From: Mytilus californianus
Taxonomy: Eukaryota
Assembly (NCBI RefSeq): GCF_021869535.1
Contig: NW_026262723.1
Location: 62,434,001-62,498,000, forward strand
DNA: 64,000 bases
Direction of reading: 5' to 3'
In this document: piece by piece, positions 10,995 to 26,611 of the stretch
Position numbering within the stretch: the first letter of the stretch is position 1
Layout: every line of letters starts with the position of its first letter
The notes under the pieces: model-generated
Databases searched by the model: none
Told to the model about the DNA's origin: nothing
Seen by the model: only the letters and a program-made list of their open reading frames with translations
Translations under genes and position numbers: made by a program

Positions 10995-13873
10995 ATGGTA
11001 AGTCATATTTAGAAAAAAAATTGTCGAAGATGGACCCAGAACGAGTCTTTCTGTGAGCCTAGAGGTGAAGATTTTGTATTGTCTTATAGTATATATATAA
11101 TCGATCTTTCTCAAGTCATTCACGTATGTTATTTGCATGTTGAAGTTTTGTTCGTTTAACATGAAATTTGGAATTCTCCGATTTTCTTAGTGAATCCAGA
11201 AATTGACAGTTTATATTGATAAAAATTGAGAGCTTTTGTGGTAAACGTCAGTGAGACAGCAGTCCACCAACACAAGTTAACATAACCAAAATAGACAACT
11301 AGCGATAGAGGTAATCAAGGGACCATTGATCGACCAGCTCTGGATCACACAGGCTACCTATTATGAATAGATTAAACATAGACGATTAAACATCACACGA
11401 CAAAATTATGAATACACAAAACTTCAAAAGAAATCTACCACCGTTAAAGAAAAGTCCACTGATGGTATTCAAGACTTGGATTAGGCGCATATAAACGTGT
11501 TGCGCGTTTTACGTTAGTTTTGCGAATATTAAATCCTTAAATCTTTAAATTAATTATATCTGTATAATGAGCGCTTGTAAATTTACAACTGCATCATGTA
11601 TAGACATAACAATACTATGTACAGTCAAGGGCATACAAAACTTTTATATCAAAGAATTTTATCCGGAAAAAAAATTCCAAGAGGAGTAACACGTATTAAT
11701 TACATTGACAAAATCAGGAGTCAAAGTCAGGTACATATATCCCGTTAAAACAAAATTTCGTGATATTAGGCTATAAAAATCATTTAATTTCAGATGAACA
11801 TCTTATACAATATATTCTTCTTCGTCCACTTAAAGTGAATATAGTAGATAGTATAATCATAGTTCAAAACAATTTATATATCACATATCCAAGAAACATA
11901 ATTTTTTAATATTATTTTAGCGAGAATGTATCAGTTTACACGTTGGACAAGCTGGAGTTCAAATGGGCAATGCTTGCTGGGAGTTGTACTGTATGGAACA
12001 CGGTATCCAACCTGATGGTCAGATGCCTTCCGACAAGACCATCGGAAAGGCAGATGACACCTTCAGTACGTTCTTTAGTGAAACAGGTTCCGGTAAACAT
12101 GTTCCAAGGGCCATATTTGTTGATCTAGAGCCCACTGTTGTTGGTAAGTTGCTATTTTTGCCTTAGTGATACTATTTCGGAAAATGATTTCAAATTTCAA
12201 GAACTGCAAACATTTCGCAATGCATTTACATTTTAGAAACAAGCAACAATAAACGCAGTATACATTCGAATATACTGACAATAAAAACGCATTATACAAA
12301 ACTTTATTTCGGGTATGCTAAACTTTACACTTGAATGAATTAGAGTTATCTTTCTTTATATACTAGTATAAGTGTATACCGATTATACGTTTGGATATCA
12401 TATTCCTTGAGGATTAAAAACATAAGAAATAACACATATCTACGTTAAAGATACAATTTTAAGAACATATACTTAAACTAGCAGCCAAACAATATTTTTT
12501 TGTTACACGTTACTCCAATACTACTTTACAATTGACTTCATATTTTGTCAGCAGCTCAACAATGATGAGTTGTAACGTGTGTGCGATTTTTGGACCGGAT
12601 CTGTCAGACACTTTCTTCGTGTTTTCAAATATTTTGAATAACGACTGGTGGCATATGTTTAGTATTGATAAGATTTGTCTACTTGGTAGAAAACCCTCAA
12701 TTATACATAACAGCTACTGTATGATTATTAATTAAGGAATTGTTTTTTTAAGATGAAGTCAGAACTGGACCGTATCGTCAGCTTTACCATCCAGAACAGC
12801 TCATCACAGGCAAGGAAGATGCTGCCAATAATTATGCAAGGGGACACTATACTGTTGGCAAAGAACTGATCGATTCTGTAGTTGATCGCATAAGAAAGCT
12901 TTCCGACCAGTGCACGGGCTTGCAAGGATTTTTAGTTTTCCATAGCTTCGGTGGAGGAACTGGTTCAGGCTTTACCTCTTTACTGCTGGAACATCTCTCA
13001 ATGGACTTTGGTAAGAAGTCAAAGTTAGAATTTGCAATCTACCCGTCGCCTAAAGTAGCCACTGCTGTCGTGGAACCTTATAATTCTGTTCTTACAACCC
13101 ATACAACGCTTGAACATTCCGATTGTGCCTTTATGGTGGACAATGAAGCTATATTTGACATATGTAAGCGTAACTTGGACATAGAAAGGCCATCGTATAT
13201 CAACTTAAACCGTTTAGTTGCCCAAATTGTAAGCTCGATAACGGCTTCACTTAGATTTGATGGAGCACTTAATGTTGATCTCAACGAGTTCCAGACTAAT
13301 CTGGTTCCATATCCGCGAATTCATTTCCCACTGGCTACATACGCTCCAATCATTTCTGCTGAGAAGGCTTACAATGAGATCTTATCGATATCACAGATCA
13401 CAAATTCTTGCTTTGAAACTGCAAACCAAATGGTAAAATGCGATCCTCGAAATGGAAAATACATGTGCGTATGTTTGCTTTACCGCGGAGACGTGGTGCC
13501 TAAAGATATAAATGTTGCCATTTCTGCAATAAAAACAAAGCGGTCCATTCAGTTTGTTGACTGGTGTCCGACTGGGTTTAAAGTTGGAATAAACTATCAG
13601 CCACCCACAGTTATTCCAGGAGGTGATCTTGCAAAGGTTCAACGTGCTGTTTGTATGTTGAGCAACACAACCGCTATTGCAGAAGCTTGGGCTCGTTTGG
13701 ACCACAAATTCGATCTTATGTTCCAGAAACGAGCATTTGTTCATTGGTATGTAGGTGAAGGGATGGAAGAAGGAGAATTCGCAGAGGCACGCGAGGACCT
13801 CGCTTCTTTAGAAAAAGATTATGAAGAAGTTGGCATGGACTCTACAGAACCCGAAGAAGACGAAGAATATTGA
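10995..13873 (+). CDS. TUBA: Alpha-tubulin A, divergent isotype, 448 aa; exons 10995-10997, 11921-12143, 12753-13873
   Basis: ATG|GTAAGT; TTTTAG|CGAGAATGT gives MREC; 223-bp exon 2 ends G|GTAAGT; AAG|ATGAAGTC. GGGTGSG and LNVDLNEF motifs; C-terminus ...EPEEDEEY*. Total CDS 1347 nt, in frame. Confidence 0.95.
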
Positions 13874-14169
13874 AACTTTTGATCTATCAATTTGATACTT
13901 ATATATATATATATATTTACGAACATAATGACAATAAAACTTTATATGAAATATGCATGATACGGCTTGTAATTTTTATATTACAAACTCATAAAGTTTG
14001 TTCTCGTCGTACTTTGTGTTGGGTTATTAGTCAACCGCTTGTAACTAAGGTTACTTACCGTTTGAAAATACCAATTAAATTTCTTTATAAGACTCAAGAT
14101 CAAAATATCCAGGTTAACTTAGCCCCTCGTTCTTACTTTTTTGTAATTAATTTAACCTCTTTTAATAAA

Positions 14170-14560
14170 TTGGTTGTTGGTTGCTAAACGTCCAGTAGCA
14201 AATATTCTATGCATGTTCAGGACGAACAAATAAACAATATTATACAAAAGGTATAGGTCCTGTAATAGAGGACTTCCGGGATGAAGGTCGGGATATTTTG
14301 GACTGCCACTAGAAGTGAGGGTATATTGGATAGTGGTAGAAATTTTGCCTTGCAACAGGTCACTGACGGACACCAATAAGAGTTGTTGCAAGAGTTCTTA
14401 TCGTGCATAGAATAAGCACTTTCTTTATACAATACATCGGATTTAACGTCCCCATTCTGAACAGACGTGGCTGCGTACTTTTACATACCACACAGACAAA
14501 CGGACGCGCCACTTTGGCAAGGGTTTTACTGCCGGTAGATAGAAGACCAAAGTGACAATT
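14170..14560. repeat. Interspersed repeat (family G), possibly SINE-like
   Basis: Shares GATTTAACGTCC.ATTCTGA.C.GACGTGGCTGC...CACACAG.CAA...ACTTTGGCAAGGGTTT with 61775-62130. No clear tRNA A/B boxes seen. Confidence 0.6.
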
Positions 14561-17111
14561 TTTTTTTTTATTTACCAGACACCCTTGGGGTCTTTAAATA
14601 AAAAAAAATTACAGATATCCCAATTTCTAAACAATAGGAACTATAGTTCAATCTTTACTTTCTGAGCGTGTCAAAAACAGGTGCAACCGCAAGCTGATCT
14701 GTTTAAACAAATAATGAACTTTCAAAGGTGTTTTTAAGTGGGGTGAAAATGCAAGGCATTTTTTTCTATATATCCCTTTTCTTTTTAAACGGGGTTCGTG
14801 TTGCTCAGTCTTTAGTTTTCTATGTTCGGTTTTGAAGACTGTTGTTTGTCTTTTCGTTGTTTTTCTTTTTTTGCCATGGCATTGTCAGTTTTTCTTCGAT
14901 TTCTCTGTTTGAATGTCCCTTTGGTATCCCCCGCCTCTTTTCTCCCTTCAAAGCTTTAGAAATGTAAACTAAGAATAGATAGAGTGTGAGCAAAATGTCA
15001 TGGCAACATGGAGCCCAAACGTGAACCAACAGGGGTCAAAATTAAGGCGTTTTTGTCTAAAGTTTATTTTTGGCAAATGCACACCTTTCAAAAGATCCAA
15101 CGGTCGTCTCTAATGTTCTATGTCCCCTGATTGGTTAGGTGTGTTGCAAACACATATACATTTGCAATTCCAGTTTGGCAGCATCAAGGATTTATATACA
15201 GTAGTATAGGGTTGTCTTTCTATATAAATCATTGGTACAGGGATGTAACTGTATTTTCGTTACTGTTGTCAAACTTTCTTTTTTCCTTTTTTGAATTGCC
15301 TTATCTCACTAGAAAAAAATCAATTGTCTTGATATACATAGCACTGATTTAAATAGAAAGTAAAATGCAACCCACAACATGGATGAGTGTGACTTTGAAG
15401 AGTATTAAATGCTCATTCTTGTTACATGTAAGTCAGTAGTGAAAACGTGATTTTGTTCCAAGATCACTGCAAAACAGTCATTTAGAAGTTCTTATGTATC
15501 TTCAACATAATTTTCCGGTGTCACTGCACCCCATATCTATAGATCATGTACAGGTCCATAATAACAGGGAAAACACTTAATGCAAAGGCGCTTTGGGAAT
15601 GGATGCACTTTATCTATATATTTGTATTTTGTGATTTCATTTTTTTTTGTACATGTTCATTAATAATGTAACTTTTTCACTTATTTAATTTTTCTTGCTA
15701 TTATTCCTATCGATTTTACAATAACAGTAGTTTATATATGATGCTCCTTTTTTCCTATTTTACGCGGAAAAGACAACAAAATAATAGCCGAGATGTTTTA
15801 GATCTATTGTTGACAAAATTCTGCAGGGCAAAAACAAATCTATAAGCTTCTTAAATGTTCGTCTATTAACCCCACGGTTTCCTCGAGCGATTTTGTTTCA
15901 TATTTAATAATTTTTCTTTTGTCTTTTGTCTTTTTTGGTTTCAGGCAGAAATTTATCCTGATTGCATTCTATAAATAAAATTATGACGTGAAAATATACG
16001 ATCTAATTACCATCGAATTTTATGCGGCATATTGGTAAAAAAAAATCATTTTTCGGTCCATCCCGTTACTGTTGTCCACTTCCAATTGCCACACAATTAA
16101 GAAGACAATGCCTTGAAACGCTATAAAACAATAACAATATTTAAATTGTAACTCGCAGAGTTTCAATATATTTTTTAATACTTCAATTACAGTAGTTCTG
16201 GGTAGTCTAGAAATTGTAGCGACACTGTCTGGGGTCGGTATAAATTTCTCATTCTAAGACTATGTTAGATATGTGATATCAGACTAATAAGTCTCTGGTG
16301 AAATATGATAGTCTCGGTTTAAGTTTCTATTTATTTTAGGACAGCTATATATATCTTTCCACAAAATGTGCTTTTTGTCTACTGTTTTGATGTTAGTTGT
16401 TTTTGTGTCTCGTACCGATCTTTCGGGTTAAGCCAATTGCTACTGATTTTTTACAGTTTGTTTTTATGTTGTGCTGTTACAACACTGTCCTAGAGGAGGG
16501 TTCAGCACCCACAAACTTGTTTTACCCCGCCACATTATGTATGTGCGTCCCAAATTATGAGCCTGTTGTTCAATGGTTGTCGTTTGTTCATGTCTGTTGA
16601 TTTTGTTTTTTGTAAATTGATTTGTTATAAATAAGGCCGTTAGTTTTCTCGTTTGAATTGTTTCAAATTTTTCATGTCACTTTCATTTTATCATTTTTCA
16701 TACATGTATATATTTTTGTAGCATCTATCGTCAATCATTCTATCCTTTCACATTTTCTTATTGATCGTTTCAAAATGGAATTTGGCACAAAACCACAAGC
16801 TTAAAAGTTAAAAACTGACAATCTGGATAACACTGAAAACACTTTTTATCATATGTATTTACAATACGCAAAATGTATAGCAGTCAATATAGACATTTTG
16901 CTTATAATGTGTTATATTAAGAACAATGTATACACAATTTAGCACATAAATTAATATGTTCAACGTTTCTTTTAAATTTTATACAATCATTATTCAAACA
17001 TTCATTTTGTTTATGGAACAACCTACTCTCCCCTGCAGCATCAATTAGTAGGTCATTCCATTTTTTTAAATACTTTTATTTAAATCACAAGCACCTGCAG
17101 ACACATTAAGC

Positions 17112-17289
17112 CCCGCCCTAAATGATATCATAAAACATTCGGAAGTTTGAAATTGAGTGAGCACTAAAGGTAAAACCAGAATATACATGTTTAAGGGCCT
17201 CAAGGCCAAACAGTATAGTATATAAGAAAACGCCGGCTGTTTAACATCAGTTAAAACCTGTGGACTCATTAACTGTTCGTTCAGGCTTT
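17112..17289 (+). promoter_or_regulatory. Promoter of alpha-tubulin B: GC box, ATGATATCAT, GGAAGTTTGAAAT, TATA, Inr and downstream motif
   Basis: CCCGCCC at 17112; TATATAAG at 17219; TCAGTT with its A at 17249, 30 nt from the TATA; CTGTGGACTCATT at 17258. The same order and spacing occur at gene C. Confidence 0.7.
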
Positions 17290-17338
17290 AAAGTTTTCTC
17301 GAAGTTTTCCTCCCTAGTCAACGTTAAGATCAACCAAA

Positions 17339-20303
<2,965 letters not shown>

Positions 20304-20313
20304 CTTTGTTGTC

Positions 20314-20319
20314 AATAAA
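20314..20319 (+). terminator. Candidate polyadenylation signal of gene B
   Basis: AATAAA 11 nt after the stop codon; whether it is used cannot be seen from sequence. Confidence 0.4.
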
Positions 20320-21199
20320 ACACCAGAACAATCTTGAGATTACTACTGTGCAATTTAAATTTCGAAGAATACAAAAAGTAATTTAAGCTTAACTATTTCT
20401 TTTATTCATATTTTTTCCTTAGTAACATTTTTCTCCAGAATTGAATATTTGAGCACTTTTTAGCCTTGCTGACTTTAAGGCTAGTCTCGGCTTTCCTTTT
20501 CACTTTGCATTTGCTGGTTTACAAAAATAATCTCTGAAACCTGAGGCATTTTGAACAAAACTTGACAATAATCATTCCAAATGTTTTAGTTTAAAAATTG
20601 TAAGATTGTAACTTTTATTCCAATATGGCTACCATTTATACGAGAAATAGAAAATTAGAGTAAAATGAGTTAAATATCTTTCTTAAATCTTGTAAAGGCT
20701 TTACAGTGGTCAAACTTTTCCGAAGTGATACACAATTTAAAATAACAAGATGTGGTAAAAACTATGATTACCAATGAAAAAACACATGTGAATCTTATAA
20801 TGATGTATTTCCCATTTGGTAATAGTGGTAAAAATTAGAATTAAATTTTAAAATATTTGATTGAGACATAAAAAGTTTATATATATAGGAAACGAATTTA
20901 TATACATGAAGAGTAACTCTGTTTGATTGTTTTTTTTTAATAGACAAGCAATTTAGATAAATGTAGCTTCCCCTTTTTAGGAGATCATAGAACATTTCAA
21001 CAATGAGCAAAACCCATACAGTATTGGCATAGCAAGCTGTAAAAAGTCCAGAGATGACAATTGTTAAACAATTCTAATGAGAAAACTTATCGTCTGTTTT
21101 ATGTACAAAACAATAAAGAAAAACAAATATAATAAATAGCAACAACTGCAACCACTGAATAGTAGGATTCCGACTTTGGACAGACACACACACAATGTT

Positions 21200-22215
21200 T
21201 CAGCGTCAACAATGGATTAGTTCGTGATTAGGTCAGTTTAAGGGGATTAGGTTAGGGAGCTACCATGATTTTTATGGGAGGGGGCTAGGATGAAATTTGA
21301 AAAAAAAGGCAGGACAGGAGTTTTGAGTAAAAAACAAAGGCAGGATAAGCAACTGGGCAATAAAAAAAGGCAGAATGACAATCTGTTAAAAAAAGAGTGA
21401 AAAATAAAAAAGGCAGGACAGATTACAACTAAAAAAAATGCAGCACAAAATTCTTCATCCTAGCCCACCCATAAAAATCAAATGGTAGCTCCCTTATGGG
21501 GAACCACCCACGGTAGGTCAATGATATTTAGTATGCAGTTGTAATAGCGTTGACACATCTCATTTCCATGGAGATAACTTTGCCCCGCCCCCTGTGTCAT
21601 GGTCTATTGACTTTGAAATGTTTGCTTTCTTAGCATGTATTGGTTTGTGATTAGGTCAGTTTATGGGGAACCACTAGTGGTAGGTCAATGATATTTGGTA
21701 TGCAGTTGTATTAGCTTTAGCACATTTCATTTCCATGGAGAGAATATGACCTACACTCTCAGTCATGGTCTATTGACTTTGAATTTTTTGCTTAACATGT
21801 ATTAGTTTGTGATTAGGTCAATTTAAGGGGAACCACTTGTGGTTGGTCAATGATATGTTATGCTTATGCATAAGCATTGGCTCATCTCATTTCCATGGAG
21901 ATTATTTGGATTCACCCCCTCAGTCATGGTCTTTTGATTTTGAATTTTTTTGCATAGTTTACATGTTAAAGTTTGTGATTAGATCAGTTGAAGAGGAACC
22001 ACTTAAGTGTTCAGGTAACCATGTATGGTAAGTCAATAGTATTTGGTAATTTGTTATGCATTTTTATAAGCGTTGGCATTTCTAATTTCTATGCAGGTTA
22101 TTTGGTCCTGCACCTTAATTCATGGTTCATTGATTTTAAATGTTTTACATAGTTGACATGTTTAAATATTGCCATTTGCATTCATACACAAAGTCGAGAC
22201 ATCTCTGCGTCAAGT
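21200..22215 (+). repeat. ~163-166-bp tandem array (family C, HINE-like), interrupted by a MITE
   Basis: GTGATTAG(G/A)TCA recurs at 21224, 21647, 21809 and 21975; same unit as 57300-58030. Confidence 0.8.
21255..21493. mobile_element. 239-bp MITE with ~40-bp TIRs and a TTA duplication (Tourist/PIF-Harbinger-like)
   Basis: GGGAGCTACCAT..ATTTTTATGGG..GGGCTAGGATGAA and its inverted copy at the other end; TTA at 21252-21254 and 21494-21496. Confidence 0.8.
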
Positions 22216-22554
22216 TTATTTTTCCTTGAAAAAGTAAATTAGTTATTAGTTTATATAGTGACCTTTACCTCAATTTTATTGTTCATTTGTCAATGTTAAG
22301 TTTTCCTTGTTAGGGTCCTTCCTCGGATACTAGGTAAAAGGTCAGCCCGAGGATTTATAGAGTAAGACTGTACATAACCTTGGTCAGCCATGGTGTATGG
22401 AATGATGTTCATCTGACCTTGACTTAATTTCATGGATCATGGATAATTTAAAGCTTATTTGGTACCTATAAATAAACATTCGTCTTAAAGACTTTCAAAA
22501 TAAAATTATAATCAGTAAATCCGGCGAGATATTTCAGTATGTGCAGTCTTTAAA

Positions 22555-23130
22555 AAATAAGGAAATGTGGCATGATTGCCAATGATGTCACTATCCATCA
22601 GAGTTCAAATAAGTGAATAAAAGCAATTATAGGTACGTCCTTCAACAATGAGAAAACGCAAACCGTATGGTCGGCAATGAAGGCCCCGACTAGAAAAATG
22701 TGAAACAGTTCAAAAGATAAAACTAACGGCCTTATTTATAACAAAACAATTTACGAAAAAAAAATATGACAACCACTGAACTACATGCTGCTGACTTGGG
22801 ACTGACAGATACAGAATGTGGCAGGGTTAACCATATTTGTGAGCGCTTAACCATCCCCTAACCTTAGACAGTGGTGAACCAGCACAACATAAGAACAAAC
22901 TATAAAAATCAGTTGCAATTGGCTGAACTTGAAAGATAAGTATGAAGCATAAAAAAACAGACACAATGCACCGAAATAAGAGTTCTCACGATGACTGAAA
23001 GCTATTTCAAAGCAAATAAAAAATTACAACTAATAAATAAGTCCTGTTCTATACTTAAGTATCAATCGGTACACAACAAACGGATTTAGAGTAAAGACAC
23101 ATGGCCTTGTGCAATGCCAAAATATAAGTC
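22555..23130 (-). repeat. Copy of the interspersed repeat at 6290-6850
   Basis: Begins AAGGAAATGTGGCATGATTGCCAATG and aligns in reverse complement through the GGGTTAACCATATTTGTGAGCGCTTAACC module. Confidence 0.75.
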
Positions 23131-23469
23131 AACAGTATCGACTGGATTTAGGATCGATTTATTAACCCATTTTTGCGTTTTTGCATAGTGTCTTGAAAAC
23201 TGTTAAAAATAGACAGAAAATGTAAACGTTAAAAAATCTACAAATATACAAAGAAGCAACTGTCAACGGCAAAAACGTTAAATGGTGGCCTTCGGCTGTT
23301 ATCTGCACTTTGGTCGGGTTGTTGTCTCTTTGACATATTCCCCATTTCCATTCTCAATTTTAAATAAAACTTGATTGACAAATACGTCCGTTTGATCAAA
23401 ATTTTCAGTTGACTTCTTAATCGTATTTGTTATTGCTATTTAAAGACATTGCATTTTACAATTTTATAA

Positions 23470-25833
23470 TTTTTGTCTCGCCTGCGACGAAAGTTGCAGT
23501 ATGCGTGACATAGGTATTACTATCCGGCGGCGTCGTAAACTATTTGTATAAAGCTTTATATTTCAGAAGGTAGACCTGGATGCTTCATATCTTGTATGCA
23601 GATACCTTATGTTACGAAGTTTCCGTCTGTCATATGTCCGATGTCCTTGACCTCATTTTCATGGTTCAGCGACTGCTTGAAAAATTTTTTTTTGTCATGT
23701 GAATTTCTCACTTATTATAAGTATTATGATAACCATATTTGGTATATGGATTCCTTGCAACGTCTACATGTTCGTCAGTCAGTGATCAAGGTTAAAGTTA
23801 CGTGATTGGGTTCGTTTCTTAAATACTATAAGAAGTAGGTCAACTATATGTGGTGTATGGAATGACTGTAATGGATACATCTCAGTCTGGCAGGTTTCAT
23901 CTGACCTTGACCTCATTTTCATGATTCATTGGTCAATGTTAAGTTTTTGTGTTTTGGTCTGTTTTTTCAAGTACTATAAGCAACAGGTCAACTATATTTG
24001 GTGTATGGAATGATTGTAAGGTGTACATATCTGTCTGGCAGGTATCATCTAACGTTGACCTCATTTTCATGGTTCATTGGTCAATGTTAAGTTTTTGTGT
24101 TTTGGTCTGTTTTTTCAAGTACTATAAGCAATTGGTCAGCTATATTTGGTGTATGGAATGATTGTAAGTTGTATATGTCTGTCTTGCAGATATCATCTGA
24201 CGTTAACCTCATTTTTTATGGTTAATTGGTCAATGTTAAGTTTTTGTCGAGCCTGCGACTTCTGTCGCAGAAAGATCGACATAGGGATGGTGATCCTGCG
24301 GCGGCGGTGTTAACTAACTATCTTAAAAGCTTAATATTTCAGAAGGTAGAACACCTGGATGCTTCATACTTTGTATATAGATGCCTTATGATATGAAGTT
24401 TCCGTCTGTCATATGTCCATTGTCCTTGACCTCATTTTCATGGTTCATTGGTCAATATTAAGTTTTTGTGTTTTGGTCTGTTTTTTCAAGTATTATAAGC
24501 AACAGGTCAACTGTATTTGGTGTATGGAATGATTGTAAGGTGTACATATATCTGTCTGGCAGGTATCATCTGACCTTGACCTCATTTTCATGGTTCTTTG
24601 GTCAATATTAAGTTTTGGTGTTTTGGTCTGTTTTGTCGAGCCTGCGACTTCTGTTGCAGAAAGCTCGACATAGGGATAGTGATCCGGCGGCAGCGGCGGC
24701 GGCGGTGTTAACAAACTTCTTAAAGGCTTTATATTTTAGAAGGTGGAAGACCTAGATGCTTCATACTTTGTATAAAGATACCTTATGTTATGAAGTTCCA
24801 GTCTGTCATATGTCCATTGTCCTTGACCTCATTTTTATGGTTCAGTGACTACTTGAAAAAAAAGTTAAGATTTTTTGTTTTATTTTCTCTCTTATTATGA
24901 ATAATAGGATAATTATATTTAATATGTGCGTACCTTGCAAGGTCCTCATGCCTGTTAGACAGTTTTCATCTGACCTCGACCTCATTTCATGGATCAGTGA
25001 ACAAGGTTAAGTTTTCGTGGTCAAGTCCATATATCAGATACTATAAGCAATAGGTCTACTATATTTGGTGTATGGAATGATTTTAAGATGTACATGTCCA
25101 ACTGGCAGGTGTCATCTGACCTTGACCTCATTTTTATGGTTCAGTGGTTAAAGTTAAGTTTTTGTGTTTTGGTCTTTTTTTCTAATACTATATGCAATAG
25201 GACAACTATATTTGGTGTATGGAAATATTTTACGATGTACATGTCAGTCTGGCATATTTTATTTGATGTGACCTCATTTTCACGGTTCATTGCTCAGTGT
25301 TAAGTTTTTGTGTTTTGGTCTGTTTTTCTGATATTATAAGTAATAGGGTCAACTTTAGTTGGTGTATGGAATGATTGTAAGTTGTATATGTTTGTCTGGC
25401 AGGTATCACCTGACCTTGACCTCATTTTCTTGGTTCATTGGTCAATGTTCAGTTTTCCTGGCTAACTTTGTTTTTTAGATACTATAAGCAATAGGTCAAC
25501 TATATGTGATGCATGGAATGATTTTAAGGTGTACATGTCTGTCTGGCAGGGTTCATCTGAACTTGACCTCATTTTCATGGTTCATTGGTCAATATAAAAT
25601 TTCATGGTTTCAGGGTCTGTTTCTTTTATACTACATTGTATAAGCAATAGGTCATCTATATTCGGTGTATGGAATGATTGTATAAAAGGTGTACATGTAT
25701 TTCCGGTTTGGTTTATCTGACCTTGACCTCATTTTCTTGGATCATAAATGTTAGGGTGATACTTGTAGGACTATCAACATAAAATCAATGGTCAGTATAG
25801 TAGGTGAGAAATTTCAGCGTGTGCGCTCTTGTT
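23470..25833 (+). mobile_element. Compound HINE-like element (family F) with three 5' heads and a ~148-bp tandem array
   Basis: Heads TTTTTGTC(T/G)(C/A)GCCTGCGAC...(GGC)n at 23470, 24240 and 24631; unit marker GGTGTATGG at 23852, 24000, 24148, 25067, 25214 and 25361; 3' end TTTCAGCGTGTGCGCTCTTGTT at ~25812-25833. Confidence 0.8.
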
Positions 25834-26459
25834 TTTGTTTTGATCTCATTCTGTTTTTCAATTGCACTCTTGTTACTTTATATCTTGAAAATTATGATAT
25901 ATGAACACAAATTCTAAACGCAATAATGTTCAGAAATGCATGATGTAAAAAGGTATTAAAGTATTATGACAGAAATCTGCAATGAACTATTTATTGCGTT
26001 TTGGGATATTTTTTAAATAATTAAAAGTATCTTTGACGAACAGCAATGATCAGCAAAACAAGATATTCAAAAAGTTTAATGTGTTTGAAATTATAATTGA
26101 CGCACTACATATAGGAGTTATTAACCAAAGTCTTCAATGCTTCTACTACCAGGCAGATATGGCCTAGGCCAGATTTGGTCCAACTCTTGGGAAATATTGT
26201 TTTTTACAATGCGCTTCAACGTCAAATTGATTTAGGCTTCTAACGTACACAGCAAAGCTGTCCAGCAAGACAAGATCTACAAAATGTTCAATCATTCCAA
26301 AAATTATTAATTCGACTCTTCATACAGAAATCATTATCCACAATCTTATCAAAATTAGTTCATCGCAGTTGTTCCTCATTTTCGTTTTTTTTTATATGTG
26401 GCATGCACGCACGACATATATGCATTCTGCCCCTCTATTGTTATTTTCAACAAAACAGG

Positions 26460-26611
26460 AAAGATCGAAAAATTCTGGTGGTATTCTTTCAAAAACCAAG
26501 TCATCAATTTCTTTACTAATGTGTAGTGGTGTAGTGGTGTAGTTATTGGCCGAATTCTTTTTACCAGTAATCAGTGTTCTGGGTGGAACAATTGGCCCAT
26601 TCTGATCTCAA
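26460..26611 (-). pseudogene. Decayed alpha-tubulin exon-3 remnant
   Basis: The reverse complement reads TTTTCTGTTATAG|TT GAG ATC AGA ... CAA TTG TTC CAC CCA GAA CA- CTG ATT ACT GGT AAA ... GCC AAT AAC TAC ... CAC TAC ACA ... AAA GAA ATT GAT GAC TTG GTT, i.e. EIR..QLFHPE(Q)LITGK..ANNY..HYT..KEI.DLV with indels. 20 nt are identical to gene D. Confidence 0.85.

Noticed and set aside
14170-14560. tRNA gene or tRNA-derived SINE head
   Set aside because: No A/B box pair or cloverleaf could be identified; kept only as an unclassified repeat.
14994-15007. RFX X-box-like TGTCATGGCAAC upstream of gene B
   Set aside because: It is an imperfect match over 2 kb from the TSS, lies among repeat fragments and has no counterpart at gene C.
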